DNA of 64,000 nt from an uncultured Candidatus Saccharibacteria bacterium (GCA_964510805.1 CAZEDG010000002.1:7653-71652); one strand, 5' to 3'. Positions 18,961 to 27,884 are shown, counted from the first letter of the stretch. Translations and numbers: made by a program. The notes: generated by a model not told the origin, from the letters alone.

Positions 18961-19351
18961 GGGGGTGTACTTTGGCTTTGATAATAAGAATATGTCTTGT
19001 GTGCTGTATCGAGATCGCCTAAGCACTCGTTAACGTTTAGGTACCCATGTTGCAAAAACAACTGGCAAGGCTATTCCTTCACCATATATGGCAGGAATGG
19101 TTCCAGCATTCGCCTAAATTACTGGCCAATCTGGTGTCTCCTTCTATCGTATCTACGGATAGATTGTAGGCAATATAACAGTAGAGGTAGATTATCTTGT
19201 TGCATAGCAAAATAATCGAAATAATTATGCTATACCTATGATGCTTTTGTTTGCTTCTGATATCATGGCGCGAAACACACTAAGCAAACTATATACAGTA
19301 GAAACATTCTTCATACCTTGTTACACGCGGGTTCGAATCCCGCCACCTCCA
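18961..19351 (+). ncRNA. ssrA: tmRNA; probable tag (A)GKAIPSPYMAGMVPAFA*
   Basis: GGGGGTG/CACCTCC-A acceptor stem with G3.U70; GGGTTCGAATCCC T arm; tag ORF ending GCATTCGCCTAA. Confidence 0.93.
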
Positions 19352-19542
19352 CTGCTTCGCTAAAATCCGGATGAGCCTCTTAGGCTCATCCGGATTTTAG
19401 CTTCGCAGTGCGCGCACCGTAGATACGAACACAAAGACAAGGCCTCTTGAGAAATAAAAATCAAAACTAAAAGAAGCGGTGGACCCTGCGTAGCTTTACG
19501 CGAAGTATGGGCGGGTCCTGCGTAGCTTTAGCGAAGCAGGGT
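19349..19542. repeat. Long hairpin on the tmRNA 3' end plus two CCTGCGTAGCTTTA-GCGAAG REP-like units
   Basis: GCTAAAATCCGGATGAGCC/GGCTCATCCGGATTTTAGC; tandem units about 19485-19542. Confidence 0.7.
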
Positions 19543-19555
19543 ATATACTTACCTT

Positions 19556-19795
19556 ATGTACTATGTCTATATCTTACTAAGTCAGAAAGACAGCAGTCGA
19601 TATGTTGGAACAACAGAAGATTTAAAGAAGAGAATTAAGGAACATAATTCTGGCAATTCAAAGTATTCAAGCAGTAAAATGCCTTATATTTTGAAATGGT
19701 ACTGTGCATTTGATAATAAAGAAATGGCTTATAAATTTGAAAGATATCTTAAACAAGGGTCTGGCCATGCATTTACAAGTAAACACTTGATTTAA
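19556..19795 (+). CDS. GIY-YIG nuclease family protein (stand-alone, 79 aa)
   Basis: YYVYIL...YVGTTEDLKKRIKEHN...FERYLKQGSG. Confidence 0.92.
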   Translation: MYYVYILLSQKDSSRYVGTTEDLKKRIKEHNSGNSKYSSSKMPYILKWYCAFDNKEMAYKFERYLKQGSGHAFTSKHLI

Positions 19796-19936
19796 AGTAA
19801 GCCACATTTGTGACCGACTCTAGTGATTCGAACGAAAACATGCTCGCATCTTTGCTTCAAAAAAATATCTTCTACACTTATGTATTAAGCAACGGACAAA
19901 AAGAAAGGCCGTCACTTAGACGGCCTGGCGACAAAT

Positions 19937-20323
19937 TCAGTCATCCTGATCTTCAAGATCTTTGTCTGCCTGATCTGAGCAATAAGAGCGAACCACCACT
20001 CCGCCAGAAATAAAAACTTTTGGCTCTCTCGCTTTTTTTGCTTCCTCTGATTGTAAGTAGCGTCTTCCGTCAATCACAAAAAGCCTTCCTCTGTTCTTGT
20101 ATCTCTGATCCCTTGGATCCTTGAAAAAAGCTTCTGATAAAGCTTCACCACAACGAACCAGCTCATGTGAAAAGTGAAACTTCGGCTCTTCGGCACGAGG
20201 CGTAAAGTCTGGATTCCTTGCCCCAGTAGGAAGATACTGATCAAAATAATCTCTAATTGTTGGCCAGTTCTTAGGAAAGACAATACGAGTACCTTGACCT
20301 GTTTGGAAACGTTGAACGTACAT
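19937..20323 (-). CDS. Hypothetical protein
   Basis: 128-aa ORF; TTGACA..TAGACG promoter-like sequence upstream; hairpin downstream. Confidence 0.55.
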   Translation of the reverse strand: MYVQRFQTGQGTRIVFPKNWPTIRDYFDQYLPTGARNPDFTPRAEEPKFHFSHELVRCGEALSEAFFKDPRDQRYKNRGRLFVIDGRRYLQSEEAKKAREPKVFISGGVVVRSYCSDQADKDLEDQDD

Positions 20324-20403
20324 GATACTTTCCTTTTCTTAAAAAAGCAGAATGAGCTTAGAAACGTCTACAATTATTTAACAAAAAATATAATTTGTCA
20401 AAT

Positions 20404-21162
20404 TTACCTCACCCTCTCCTCTTTAAGAACCACATTAAGTGTGCACTCTATACTCTTCGCGTCTTTTGGGGAAACTCCTTCTAGAACCGTCTCACTCTGA
20501 TACACATGATTCTTGTCATAGCTCAATTCACAAGACTCATTAAGAATAGAAAAAGTTTCTGGGTCAGCACCTTGTATTACAGTAGCATCAGCGTCCCCTC
20601 TTTTTGCAGAAATAATATATACCTGATGAGCATCAAGGCTATATTTTTTACTCAACACTTTAAAAGAGTTAGCATCAGAATGCGGAAGTATATCTTTTTT
20701 ATAAAAAACACTTGTTGCATCCTTTATAAAAGCACCAGTAGTCGAAGCAAGTGTAGAAGGATTGGCCAACACTTCATCAAGCGACCAATTACCGTCACGA
20801 TAGCGTTCATAATAAAACACACGATCTTTATCCTTATAATACCCAGAAAGAAAAGGTACCGCAGTAAACGTCGCGACATCGATAGAACTAGAAGCAACTC
20901 TATACCCTACACCACAAGAAGAAGTGAGAGACCCGAGAACTTTTTTACAATGAAAAAGCGTGCTACTGCTTTTACTGAAAAACTGATCAATAGTTGTCAC
21001 GTCTTCTTGCTCACTCTGATCTTCTGTAAGACTACTTGAACTTGCTTCTTCTAGAACGGAAGGTTTTTTGGATAGTTGCTCATGTATGCTATTTTTATTA
21101 TGAGTCAACAAAAGTGGTACAGTAAGCAAAAGAAAAAGGAGAAAAGGAACAGTGTACTTCAT
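20404..21162 (-). CDS. DKNYY-family membrane-anchored protein
   Basis: N-terminal TM; repeats YKDKDRVFY, KDATSVFY, ADPETFSIL, YDKNHVY. Confidence 0.8.
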   Translation of the reverse strand: MKYTVPFLLFLLLTVPLLLTHNKNSIHEQLSKKPSVLEEASSSSLTEDQSEQEDVTTIDQFFSKSSSTLFHCKKVLGSLTSSCGVGYRVASSSIDVATFTAVPFLSGYYKDKDRVFYYERYRDGNWSLDEVLANPSTLASTTGAFIKDATSVFYKKDILPHSDANSFKVLSKKYSLDAHQVYIISAKRGDADATVIQGADPETFSILNESCELSYDKNHVYQSETVLEGVSPKDAKSIECTLNVVLKEERVR

Positions 21163-21444
21163 GCAAATAAGTATACATCGATGTCGTGATTTTTTTGTAT
21201 ATCTTGTTATACTATGCTTGCTTTTTACATAAGTAGAGAGTTCTGTAATTCTAAGATACTATAAGAACTTATAAATATTTTGGTTACAAAATAATATAGG
21301 GAGAAATGGCTGAGTGGGTCAAACGTAAACTGCTTTACGTTTAACGATAAGCATGAAGAGCTCTTCATGCGCAATCCGGCAAACACGAAGCCATTGTTCC
21401 GTAGGACGACAAATAGTCCCGAAGTAGTGCAAGGACTTATATTT

Positions 21445-21531
21445 GGAGAAATGGCTGAGTGGTTGAAGGCACCTGACTCGAAATCAGGCATAGGAGCAAT
21501 CCTATCGTGGGTTCAAATCCCACTTTCTCCG
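21445..21531 (+). tRNA. tRNA-Ser (anticodon CGA)
   Basis: GGAGAAA/TTTCTCC-G acceptor, CCTGA-CTCGAAA-TCAGG, long variable arm, GGTTCAAATCC. Confidence 0.95.
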
Positions 21532-21971
21532 CAGATTGATACGCAGTGAAAATCTGCGGAGAAAGTGGTGCCATGCTCACAAGCATGGTACGTGGGATTT
21601 GAACGAAACGCCGGTCTACGAAAATGAGATGTAAAAATTGAGTGCAGTATTTTTACATCTCATTTTTGTCGACGTTTCTCGGGGTCGAGAAGTTGAGTGT
21701 TTTCTGAACAACAACGTTGTAAAAGAAAATACCAACTTGGTGACCAATCCCACTTTCTCCGCAAAATAATGAATCTGAAGCGAATGCTTCAGATGATTAT
21801 ATTTTGCGAGAGAAAGTGGGATTTGAACTGAGTCCGATGCGAAGCCGGTGTATGTCCTCATACATCGTGAGGACGAGGCTTAGGCGAAAGTTAAGAGTGT
21901 TTTTATGATGGTAAGCTTGTCGAACCAGAAATAAAAATACCTTAACAATCGACAAATCCTACTTTCTCACC
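21517..21971. repeat. Two tandem structured units bounded by copies of the tRNA-Ser 3' end
   Basis: AATCCCACTTTCTCCGCA at 21517 and 21746, AATCCTACTTTCTC at 21955; antisense copies at about 21555-21604 and 21805-21828. Confidence 0.8.
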
Positions 21972-22057
21972 ATAGACAAAAACCAATTCTATTTGCTTCC
22001 CTTACTTAAGTATGGTATTGTATAGCTACACTATTATCACTATTTAAAAAACATCCC

Positions 22058-22570
22058 TTGGCAGAAAAAGTAAACATCAACAACAATATTCGTTCACCTA
22101 AGCTTCGTGTCATCGGAGCAAATGGAGACAATCTTGGCGTACTCACAAAAGAAGAAGCGCTCGAGCGAGCAAAAAAATCAAGTCTTGATCTTATTGAGGT
22201 CTCCCCTCAAGCAGACCCTCCTGTTGCACGTATCGCAGACTACGGAAAGTATATTTATGAACTTTCAAAAAAACTTAAGGAAGTAAAGGCAAAATCACAC
22301 GTTACCGAGACAAAAACAATTCAGATAAGTGTCGCAATTGGAGAAAATGACATAATGATTAAGGCTAAACAGGCTGCTGAATGGATCAAAGAAGGTCATA
22401 GAGTGAAGATAGACCTCCAGCTCAAAGGAAGAACTAAGTACATGGACGAAGGCTTCCTTCGTGAACGCATGGATAGAATTCTTGCTATTATTCCTGCTGA
22501 ATACAAAATTGCAGAACCTCTCAAGAAAATACCAAAATCAATGATGGTGGTTATCGAAAAAGCCAAATAA
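22058..22570 (+). CDS. infC: Translation initiation factor IF-3
   Basis: INNNIRSPKLRVIG...LDLIEVSPQADPPVARIADYGKY; non-ATG start. Confidence 0.95.
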   Translation: MAEKVNINNNIRSPKLRVIGANGDNLGVLTKEEALERAKKSSLDLIEVSPQADPPVARIADYGKYIYELSKKLKEVKAKSHVTETKTIQISVAIGENDIMIKAKQAAEWIKEGHRVKIDLQLKGRTKYMDEGFLRERMDRILAIIPAEYKIAEPLKKIPKSMMVVIEKAK

Positions 22571-22721
22571 TCTCCTAAATACACTACACTAGACAGAAAG
22601 CCAATAAATCTCCAGGTTTGGAAGGTAGTCCTACAAAGCCAATATCGCTTGATATTCTTAATAATCCATGATATAATACGCCAACTATCGTAAAGGCGGT
22701 ACATAAATTCGGAACATTTTT

Positions 22722-22910
22722 ATGAAGACAAATAAATCATTCCTCAAACGACTAAAAGTTACAAAAAACGGTAAGATTATCGCGCGCAAGCCAGGTCTTA
22801 ACCACTTCAACGCTAAGGCATCTCGCCGTAAGCAACTTGGTAATAAGCGTGGACAAGACTTCGCTATGACAGGCAAAGAAAAGTCTCGTTTCCTTCCAGG
22901 ACTTCTATAA
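22722..22910 (+). CDS. rpmI: 50S ribosomal protein L35
   Basis: MKTNKSFLKRLKVTKNGKI; lies between infC and rplT. Confidence 0.92.
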   Translation: MKTNKSFLKRLKVTKNGKIIARKPGLNHFNAKASRRKQLGNKRGQDFAMTGKEKSRFLPGLL

Positions 22911-22964
22911 AAAAGCGAATTTTGTATTTTCCTTTATTACTAAATTTTTAATTATACAACTACC

Positions 22965-23309
22965 ATGTCACGAGTTAAGAGAAGTTTAATTGCAATGAAG
23001 CATCGTCGTAATGTACTTAGACGTGCTAAAGGATATCGCTTCGGAAGAAGTAAGAAAGAAGTCGAAGCAAAAGTTGCACTTCGTCATGCGGGAGCTCATG
23101 CGTTCGCTCACCGTAAGGACAAGAAGACTGATATGCGTCGCCTCTTTACTGTGCGTCTTAATGCGGGACTTCGTGCACTCGGCATGTCATACAGTGTCTT
23201 TATTGATAAGCTCGCAAAGAAAAATATCATCATCAATCGCAAGATGCTCTCTGAGCTTGCACAAAGCAACCCAGAAACATTTGAGCGTATTGTTGCACAA
23301 GTGAAGTAA
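22965..23309 (+). CDS. rplT: 50S ribosomal protein L20
   Basis: MSRVKR...AKGYRFGRS...NRKMLSELA. Confidence 0.97.
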   Translation: MSRVKRSLIAMKHRRNVLRRAKGYRFGRSKKEVEAKVALRHAGAHAFAHRKDKKTDMRRLFTVRLNAGLRALGMSYSVFIDKLAKKNIIINRKMLSELAQSNPETFERIVAQVK

Positions 23310-23311
23310 AG

Positions 23312-23470
23312 GTATAGAGTTTAGATATTAGACTTTAGATTTTAGGTAAACATAAGAGCGAGGCCTACGGCCTCGCTCTTATGTTCTTGTATTTACTATT
23401 AACTATTAACTATAAACTATTAACTTATCTACATTTCCTAATACCTAAAATCTAACGTCTAACATCTAGT
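23312..23470. repeat. Composite intergenic repeat (core 23356-23378)
   Basis: Core with TAC loop; inverted TTAGA heptamer arms. Confidence 0.85.
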
Positions 23471-24046
23471 TTACAGCCTCATCTCCCTTTCACCGCTTCC
23501 TTCTTGGTCTTGTACCATTTTGATAAGCTTCTCGACTAGCACCTTCGGATCTTTTTCAAAAATAACATTAGGGTTAGTTCTATTACTATTCTTAATAATA
23601 TCCTTAATCACTTCATCCGTGGTCCATTCACCTTCTAGAATACCAAGTGGCATATTTGCCTCCCATGCAACAGTAAACTCATGAATAGTTCCTATTCTCC
23701 CACACCCAATCACAATTGCATCAGAAGATCTTACTAACATAAGATCTCTTCCAGGGAACCCGAAGCCTGTATAGATAACAGTATCCATCGCCTTAAGAGG
23801 AAGCCTGTAGACTTCTAGGTGTTCTTTCTTGCTCGCAGCAGGAGAAAGGCCAAAAGAAAAACCCCCTGCCTCCTTAGCTCCTTCCGCTGCGTAGAGAGGG
23901 AATCCACTCGTTGCTCCTGTAATAATTTGTGCACCTTGTCGTGCTATCTCTCTCCCTAACTCTTTAGCAATTGGGATAACAGAAGGTCCACAGTGGGCGA
24001 TTTCTGCCGCGCCAGACACACTGATTGTTATTCTCGCTGATTTCAT
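23471..24046 (-). CDS. SLOG/LOG-family (TIGR00725-like) nucleotide-binding protein
   Basis: ITGATSG, GLSPA, YTGFG...RDLMLVRSSD, GRIGTIHEF. Confidence 0.8.
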   Translation of the reverse strand: MKSARITISVSGAAEIAHCGPSVIPIAKELGREIARQGAQIITGATSGFPLYAAEGAKEAGGFSFGLSPAASKKEHLEVYRLPLKAMDTVIYTGFGFPGRDLMLVRSSDAIVIGCGRIGTIHEFTVAWEANMPLGILEGEWTTDEVIKDIIKNSNRTNPNVIFEKDPKVLVEKLIKMVQDQEGSGEREMRL

Positions 24047-24089
24047 TCCACTAGTATATAAGTACTAGAAGATAGTTACTAGTGGACAG

Positions 24090-24222
24090 GGAACAAATAC
24101 AGACAACAGACTGCTTCGCTTACAGATAACAGAATATAGATAAATACAAGACAAAGAGCAAAACCTTCAACCTCACTTGTGTATTTGTCTGTTATCTGTC
24201 TATCTATGTTCTCTGGTCTAAT
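24090..24222. repeat. Degenerate composite repeat with (ACAGANA)n arms
   Basis: ACAGACAACAGA/ACAGATAACAGA and its inverse TCTGTTATCTGT; decayed core; same arm type at 2790-2830. Confidence 0.6.
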
Positions 24223-25596
24223 TTAATCTATCTCAATCACCTGACCTCGTGTTGGCACTTCAACAGGAACATTATAGGTCTCATGAATTCTTTGACCAAG
24301 AAAGTACGAACCTTTTGCTTCTCCAAGAATAACGAACACCTTCTTGAGCGATTCCTTTGTCGAATCAACAAACTCAACAAGATGATCAGAATCTTTGTGT
24401 GCAGAGAACCCATGAATATTAACAACTCTCGCACGAACAGGAACCTTTACTCCTCTAATCGTAACCTCTTTCTCACCTTCTACGACATGTCTTCCGAGAG
24501 TATTCACAGCCTGATAACCAACAATCACAATACAACTATTAGGATCTGGGAGGTGCTCCATTTCATGATGGAGAATTCTTCCACCATTACTCATTCCACT
24601 TCCAGCAATAATTACTTTAGGTCGATGATCTTGCGCGATTGCTTTACTCTCCTCAGGAGTCGGAGTCATTATAAGCCCTTTGAACGCAAAGATGTCATCC
24701 CCGCTCTTAATAATACTTTCAGCATTTTCGTTGAACCAACTCTCATACTTCTTGTAGACTTTTGTAATATTAATACCAAGAGGCGAATTTAAGTACACAG
24801 GAACTTCTGGAATAAGTTTATGTTCCACAAGCTCATTGAAGGCAAGAAGGAGTTCTTGAGTTCTTTCTATAGAAAAGGCTGGGATAAGGACAGTGCCACC
24901 TTTTGCGATCGTAGAAGTTACCGCCTCCTTAAAAATATCTATACGCTTATCCTTGTCAGTATGATTGCGGTCACCGTAGACACTTTCCATAAAAAGATAC
25001 TCAATTCCTTTAAGCGGTGTTGTGTCTTTCATGAGCGGAGATGGTGTGTTGCCCAAGTCTCCTGTGAAGGCAAGTTTTTTACCTTTGTACTCTATTTCTA
25101 TCATTGCACTTCCTAAGATATGTCCAGCGTCATGGAAAGTAACTTTTGCATCACCATCATCAGTAGTAATTACATACTCTGTCTCATACGTTACGATTTC
25201 GCTCCAAAGATGCATAGACTCAAAAACATCTTTATCTTCGTAGAGAGGTACATCACCCATCTTGGTTGCTTCCTTATGAAGAATCCTAAAAGAATCAAGC
25301 ATTACAAGCTCAGCCATTTCTCTCGTCGGTTCAGTGCTCACAATCTTACCCTTAAACCCATCACGAACAAGCTTAGGTATTCTTCCAACATGGTCAAGGT
25401 GAGAGTGTGTAACAAAAAGATACTCTACAGAAGAAGGGTCGTAACTGAAGGCTTCGGCATTTATCGGTATCGAATATTTTTCCCCTTGGACAAGACCACA
25501 GTCGATAAGGATTTTTTTACCACCGAATTCTACCAAGAAGTTAGATCCTGTTGGCATCTCTGCACCACCTGCAAACGTAATTCGAAAGAGCGACAT
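24223..25596 (-). CDS. MBL-fold beta-CASP ribonuclease
   Basis: THSHLDHVG, DAGHILGSA, TGDLG, ESVYG, FSAHKD. Confidence 0.92.
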   Translation of the reverse strand: MSLFRITFAGGAEMPTGSNFLVEFGGKKILIDCGLVQGEKYSIPINAEAFSYDPSSVEYLFVTHSHLDHVGRIPKLVRDGFKGKIVSTEPTREMAELVMLDSFRILHKEATKMGDVPLYEDKDVFESMHLWSEIVTYETEYVITTDDGDAKVTFHDAGHILGSAMIEIEYKGKKLAFTGDLGNTPSPLMKDTTPLKGIEYLFMESVYGDRNHTDKDKRIDIFKEAVTSTIAKGGTVLIPAFSIERTQELLLAFNELVEHKLIPEVPVYLNSPLGINITKVYKKYESWFNENAESIIKSGDDIFAFKGLIMTPTPEESKAIAQDHRPKVIIAGSGMSNGGRILHHEMEHLPDPNSCIVIVGYQAVNTLGRHVVEGEKEVTIRGVKVPVRARVVNIHGFSAHKDSDHLVEFVDSTKESLKKVFVILGEAKGSYFLGQRIHETYNVPVEVPTRGQVIEID

Positions 25597-25604
25597 AAGA
25601 AAAA

Positions 25605-25961
25605 TTATTTTTTATATAAAAAGTAAGCTACAAACGCACCAACCCCACCATTAAAAATATCAGAAAGCGTGTCAGGCCACCCTCCCCACTCTGAACCTCT
25701 CACCACATCGCTTAGTAGCTCATACAGTTCCCAACTAATCGCAACAAAAAGATAGGTAAGAAGTACATAGCTAAGCAAAGCAGGCTTCTTCTTGTAATGA
25801 ATAAGTGCAAGCGCAAGCGAAGCAACCCCGAACCCTCCCATGATATGCATCGGAATATCAAGCCACCAAATCTCATAATAAAGATGAGTTGGATCGAAGA
25901 CAAACTTAGAGAGCGCGAGAAGGATTCCGAGATATAGCGCTGAACTTATAATTGGTTTCAT
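25605..25961 (-). CDS. Hypothetical membrane protein
   Basis: WWLDIPMHIMGG, WELYE and DTLSDIF motifs. Confidence 0.75.
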   Translation of the reverse strand: MKPIISSALYLGILLALSKFVFDPTHLYYEIWWLDIPMHIMGGFGVASLALALIHYKKKPALLSYVLLTYLFVAISWELYELLSDVVRGSEWGGWPDTLSDIFNGGVGAFVAYFLYKK

Positions 25962-26051
25962 GTCTAAAAGTATACCATAGCCAGGCAGGAAACCCTGTAA
26001 GAGGAAAGACTCGTCCACGAAAAAACCGCCTCGTATAGGCGGATCTTTCGT

Positions 26052-26173
26052 AGGGTGTTAGGACATCTTCCTGATCATAATGCCAGGTGGGTAGGAAAAC
26101 GGAGAGACCTCGGCCTTTTCGCAATATTCCATAACCCTAAAGATGTTTATCCAGAAAAATACCTAAACACCCT
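26052..26173 (-). ncRNA. Putative 6S-like structured RNA
   Basis: TTGCAT-16 nt-TATAAT promoter; ends AGGGTGTTTAGG/CCTAACACCCT pair; central bubble; terminator about 26019-26043. Confidence 0.55.
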
Positions 26174-26225
26174 GTTTCAATTATATGCCTCTCTCCAAAA
26201 AATGCAAATTTTTTTAAAAACAAAC

Positions 26226-26837
26226 CTATTCAGAAATTCCATCCAAGTTCACATCATAGAGCATCGCTTCGGTAACAAGTCGATAGTTCATGATTTCTTC
26301 AGAAGTGAACCAGAGGTCAACTTCTCTTTGGTATGCACCTTCACCGTCAGCAGGATCTGTACAGTGAATCAAGTTACGCATTCCGCGTGAGCCGTCAGTA
26401 TCACAAAGAAGATATGAGTCAATAGCATAATCACCACGAATAGTGCCAGTGTCCGCTGTTGCAGGCTCTGTGCCACCAACAAGACGCTTCACCACTGCTT
26501 GCGCGTTATTACCTTCGATAACAAGAGATACAACAGGTCCTGCACACATATAGTGCACCATAGCACGGATAATATCCTTACCGTACTCGATAGGTGCCTT
26601 ATCTACAACCATACCAAGAGACTTCTTATTCTCAGCAATTCTCTCACCTTTCTTGAGATACCAAGCATCATCCTTATTGTAATGCTTCCAAAGAGTATCT
26701 TCGTTAACCATGTGCATTTTCATTGCGACAAGCTTAAGACCGATACGCTCAAAACGCTTAACGATCTCACCAACAAGGCCTCGCTGTACCGCGTCTGGCT
26801 TAAGGATAACAAAGGTTCTTTCTTTTTTTGGATGCAT
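26226..26837 (-). CDS. ndk: Nucleoside diphosphate kinase
   Basis: ERTFVILKPDAVQRGLVGEI, GTIRGDY, NLIHCTD. Confidence 0.95.
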   Translation of the reverse strand: MHPKKERTFVILKPDAVQRGLVGEIVKRFERIGLKLVAMKMHMVNEDTLWKHYNKDDAWYLKKGERIAENKKSLGMVVDKAPIEYGKDIIRAMVHYMCAGPVVSLVIEGNNAQAVVKRLVGGTEPATADTGTIRGDYAIDSYLLCDTDGSRGMRNLIHCTDPADGEGAYQREVDLWFTSEEIMNYRLVTEAMLYDVNLDGISE

Positions 26838-26919
26838 AGAGTTAGTTACTAGTTAATGATTATTAGTTAATAGTTCCATACTAGCAAAAATAATAATAAT
26901 TGCAAAAAATAAGTTAAGA

Positions 26920-26952
26920 AACAAAAGCGACTTCGTAAGAAGTCGCTTTTGT
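26920..26952. terminator. Intrinsic terminator-like hairpin after the rpsF-ssb-rpsR operon
   Basis: ACAAAAGCGACTTC-GTAA-GAAGTCGCTTTTGT. Confidence 0.7.
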
Positions 26953-26984
26953 ATTTTGTTTAGAGAAATATCTTTTCTTTCTTG

Positions 26985-27110
26985 CTAAACGTTTAAAAGT
27001 GTTTTGAATGCGAGGCGGAGGAAATTTTTTCGACCAAAATGTACAAGTAGTACATTGCGGGAGAGAAAATTTCCTCTAACGAAGCAAGCGAAATACTTTT
27101 AGACGTTTAG
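26985..27110. repeat. About 125-bp imperfect palindromic element overlapping the rpsR stop codon
   Basis: CTAAACGTTTAAAAGTGTTT...AAATACTTTTAGACGTTTAG; internal GAGGAAATTTT/AAAATTTCCTC. Confidence 0.7.
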
Positions 27111-27310
27111 TGTGCAACGTATGGGAGGAGCCCCATAAAGCGTGCACGCTTCACAGCGTTTGCAAGTGCACGCTGATTCTTCGCGGTAAGACCTGTCTTA
27201 CGACGATTGAGAATACGAGCATGTGGGTTCAAGAACTTCACAAGAATTTCTGTATCCTTGTAATCGATGAACTTAATGTTATTTGCATTAAAGTGATCTT
27301 GTTTTTTCAT
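27107..27310 (-). CDS. rpsR: 30S ribosomal protein S18
   Basis: IDYKD...RRKTG...[19 protein letters not shown]. Confidence 0.96.
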   Translation of the reverse strand: MKKQDHFNANNIKFIDYKDTEILVKFLNPHARILNRRKTGLTAKNQRALANAVKRARFMGLLPYVAH

Positions 27311-27431
27311 TTTTTTAATTAAAATTTAGTAATAGTCAGTAATTGTATTAACAACTTTGATAATCAAGGTATGCGACACTCTGTATTTGTTCTGCGTTCT
27401 TCCGCGTTTAGTCCGCGGTATTCTGCGCTGT

Positions 27432-27884
27432 CTAGAATGGGATGTCGTCTAGATTCACATCAGCATCTCCATAATCAATGGTATCGAGATCAGGAACTCC
27501 TCCGCCTTTTGGCACCTCAGCTTGTGATTCAGCTGGTTGTGGAGCAGATCCTCCTGACTTAGGACCGAACTGTACAGAGTCTGCCACTATTTCTGTTCTG
27601 TACTTTTTCTCACCTGTTGTCTTGTCGTCCCATGATCTTGTCTGAATACGTCCTTCAATGAGCACTCCTTGACCTTTCTTTAAGTACTGTGCACTTGTCT
27701 CTGCTTGGCGTCCGAATACAACAATATTGTGATATTCTGCTTGCTCTTGTTTTGCACCATTTGCATCTTTATAGATACGGTTGGTTGCAAGAGAAAATGA
27801 AGTTACTTTGTTACCGTTTGGAAGAGAACGCATTTCTGGGTCTCTGGTAAGGTTACCGAAAAGAAAAGTCTTGTTAAGATACAT
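27432..27884 (-). CDS. ssb: Single-stranded DNA-binding protein
   Basis: NKTFLFGNLTRDPE...C-terminal DDIPF. Confidence 0.97.
   Translation of the reverse strand: MYLNKTFLFGNLTRDPEMRSLPNGNKVTSFSLATNRIYKDANGAKQEQAEYHNIVVFGRQAETSAQYLKKGQGVLIEGRIQTRSWDDKTTGEKKYRTEIVADSVQFGPKSGGSAPQPAESQAEVPKGGGVPDLDTIDYGDADVNLDDIPF

Noticed and set aside
18997-19215. 72-aa ORF
   Set aside because: Lies inside tmRNA; the real reading frame is the short tag.
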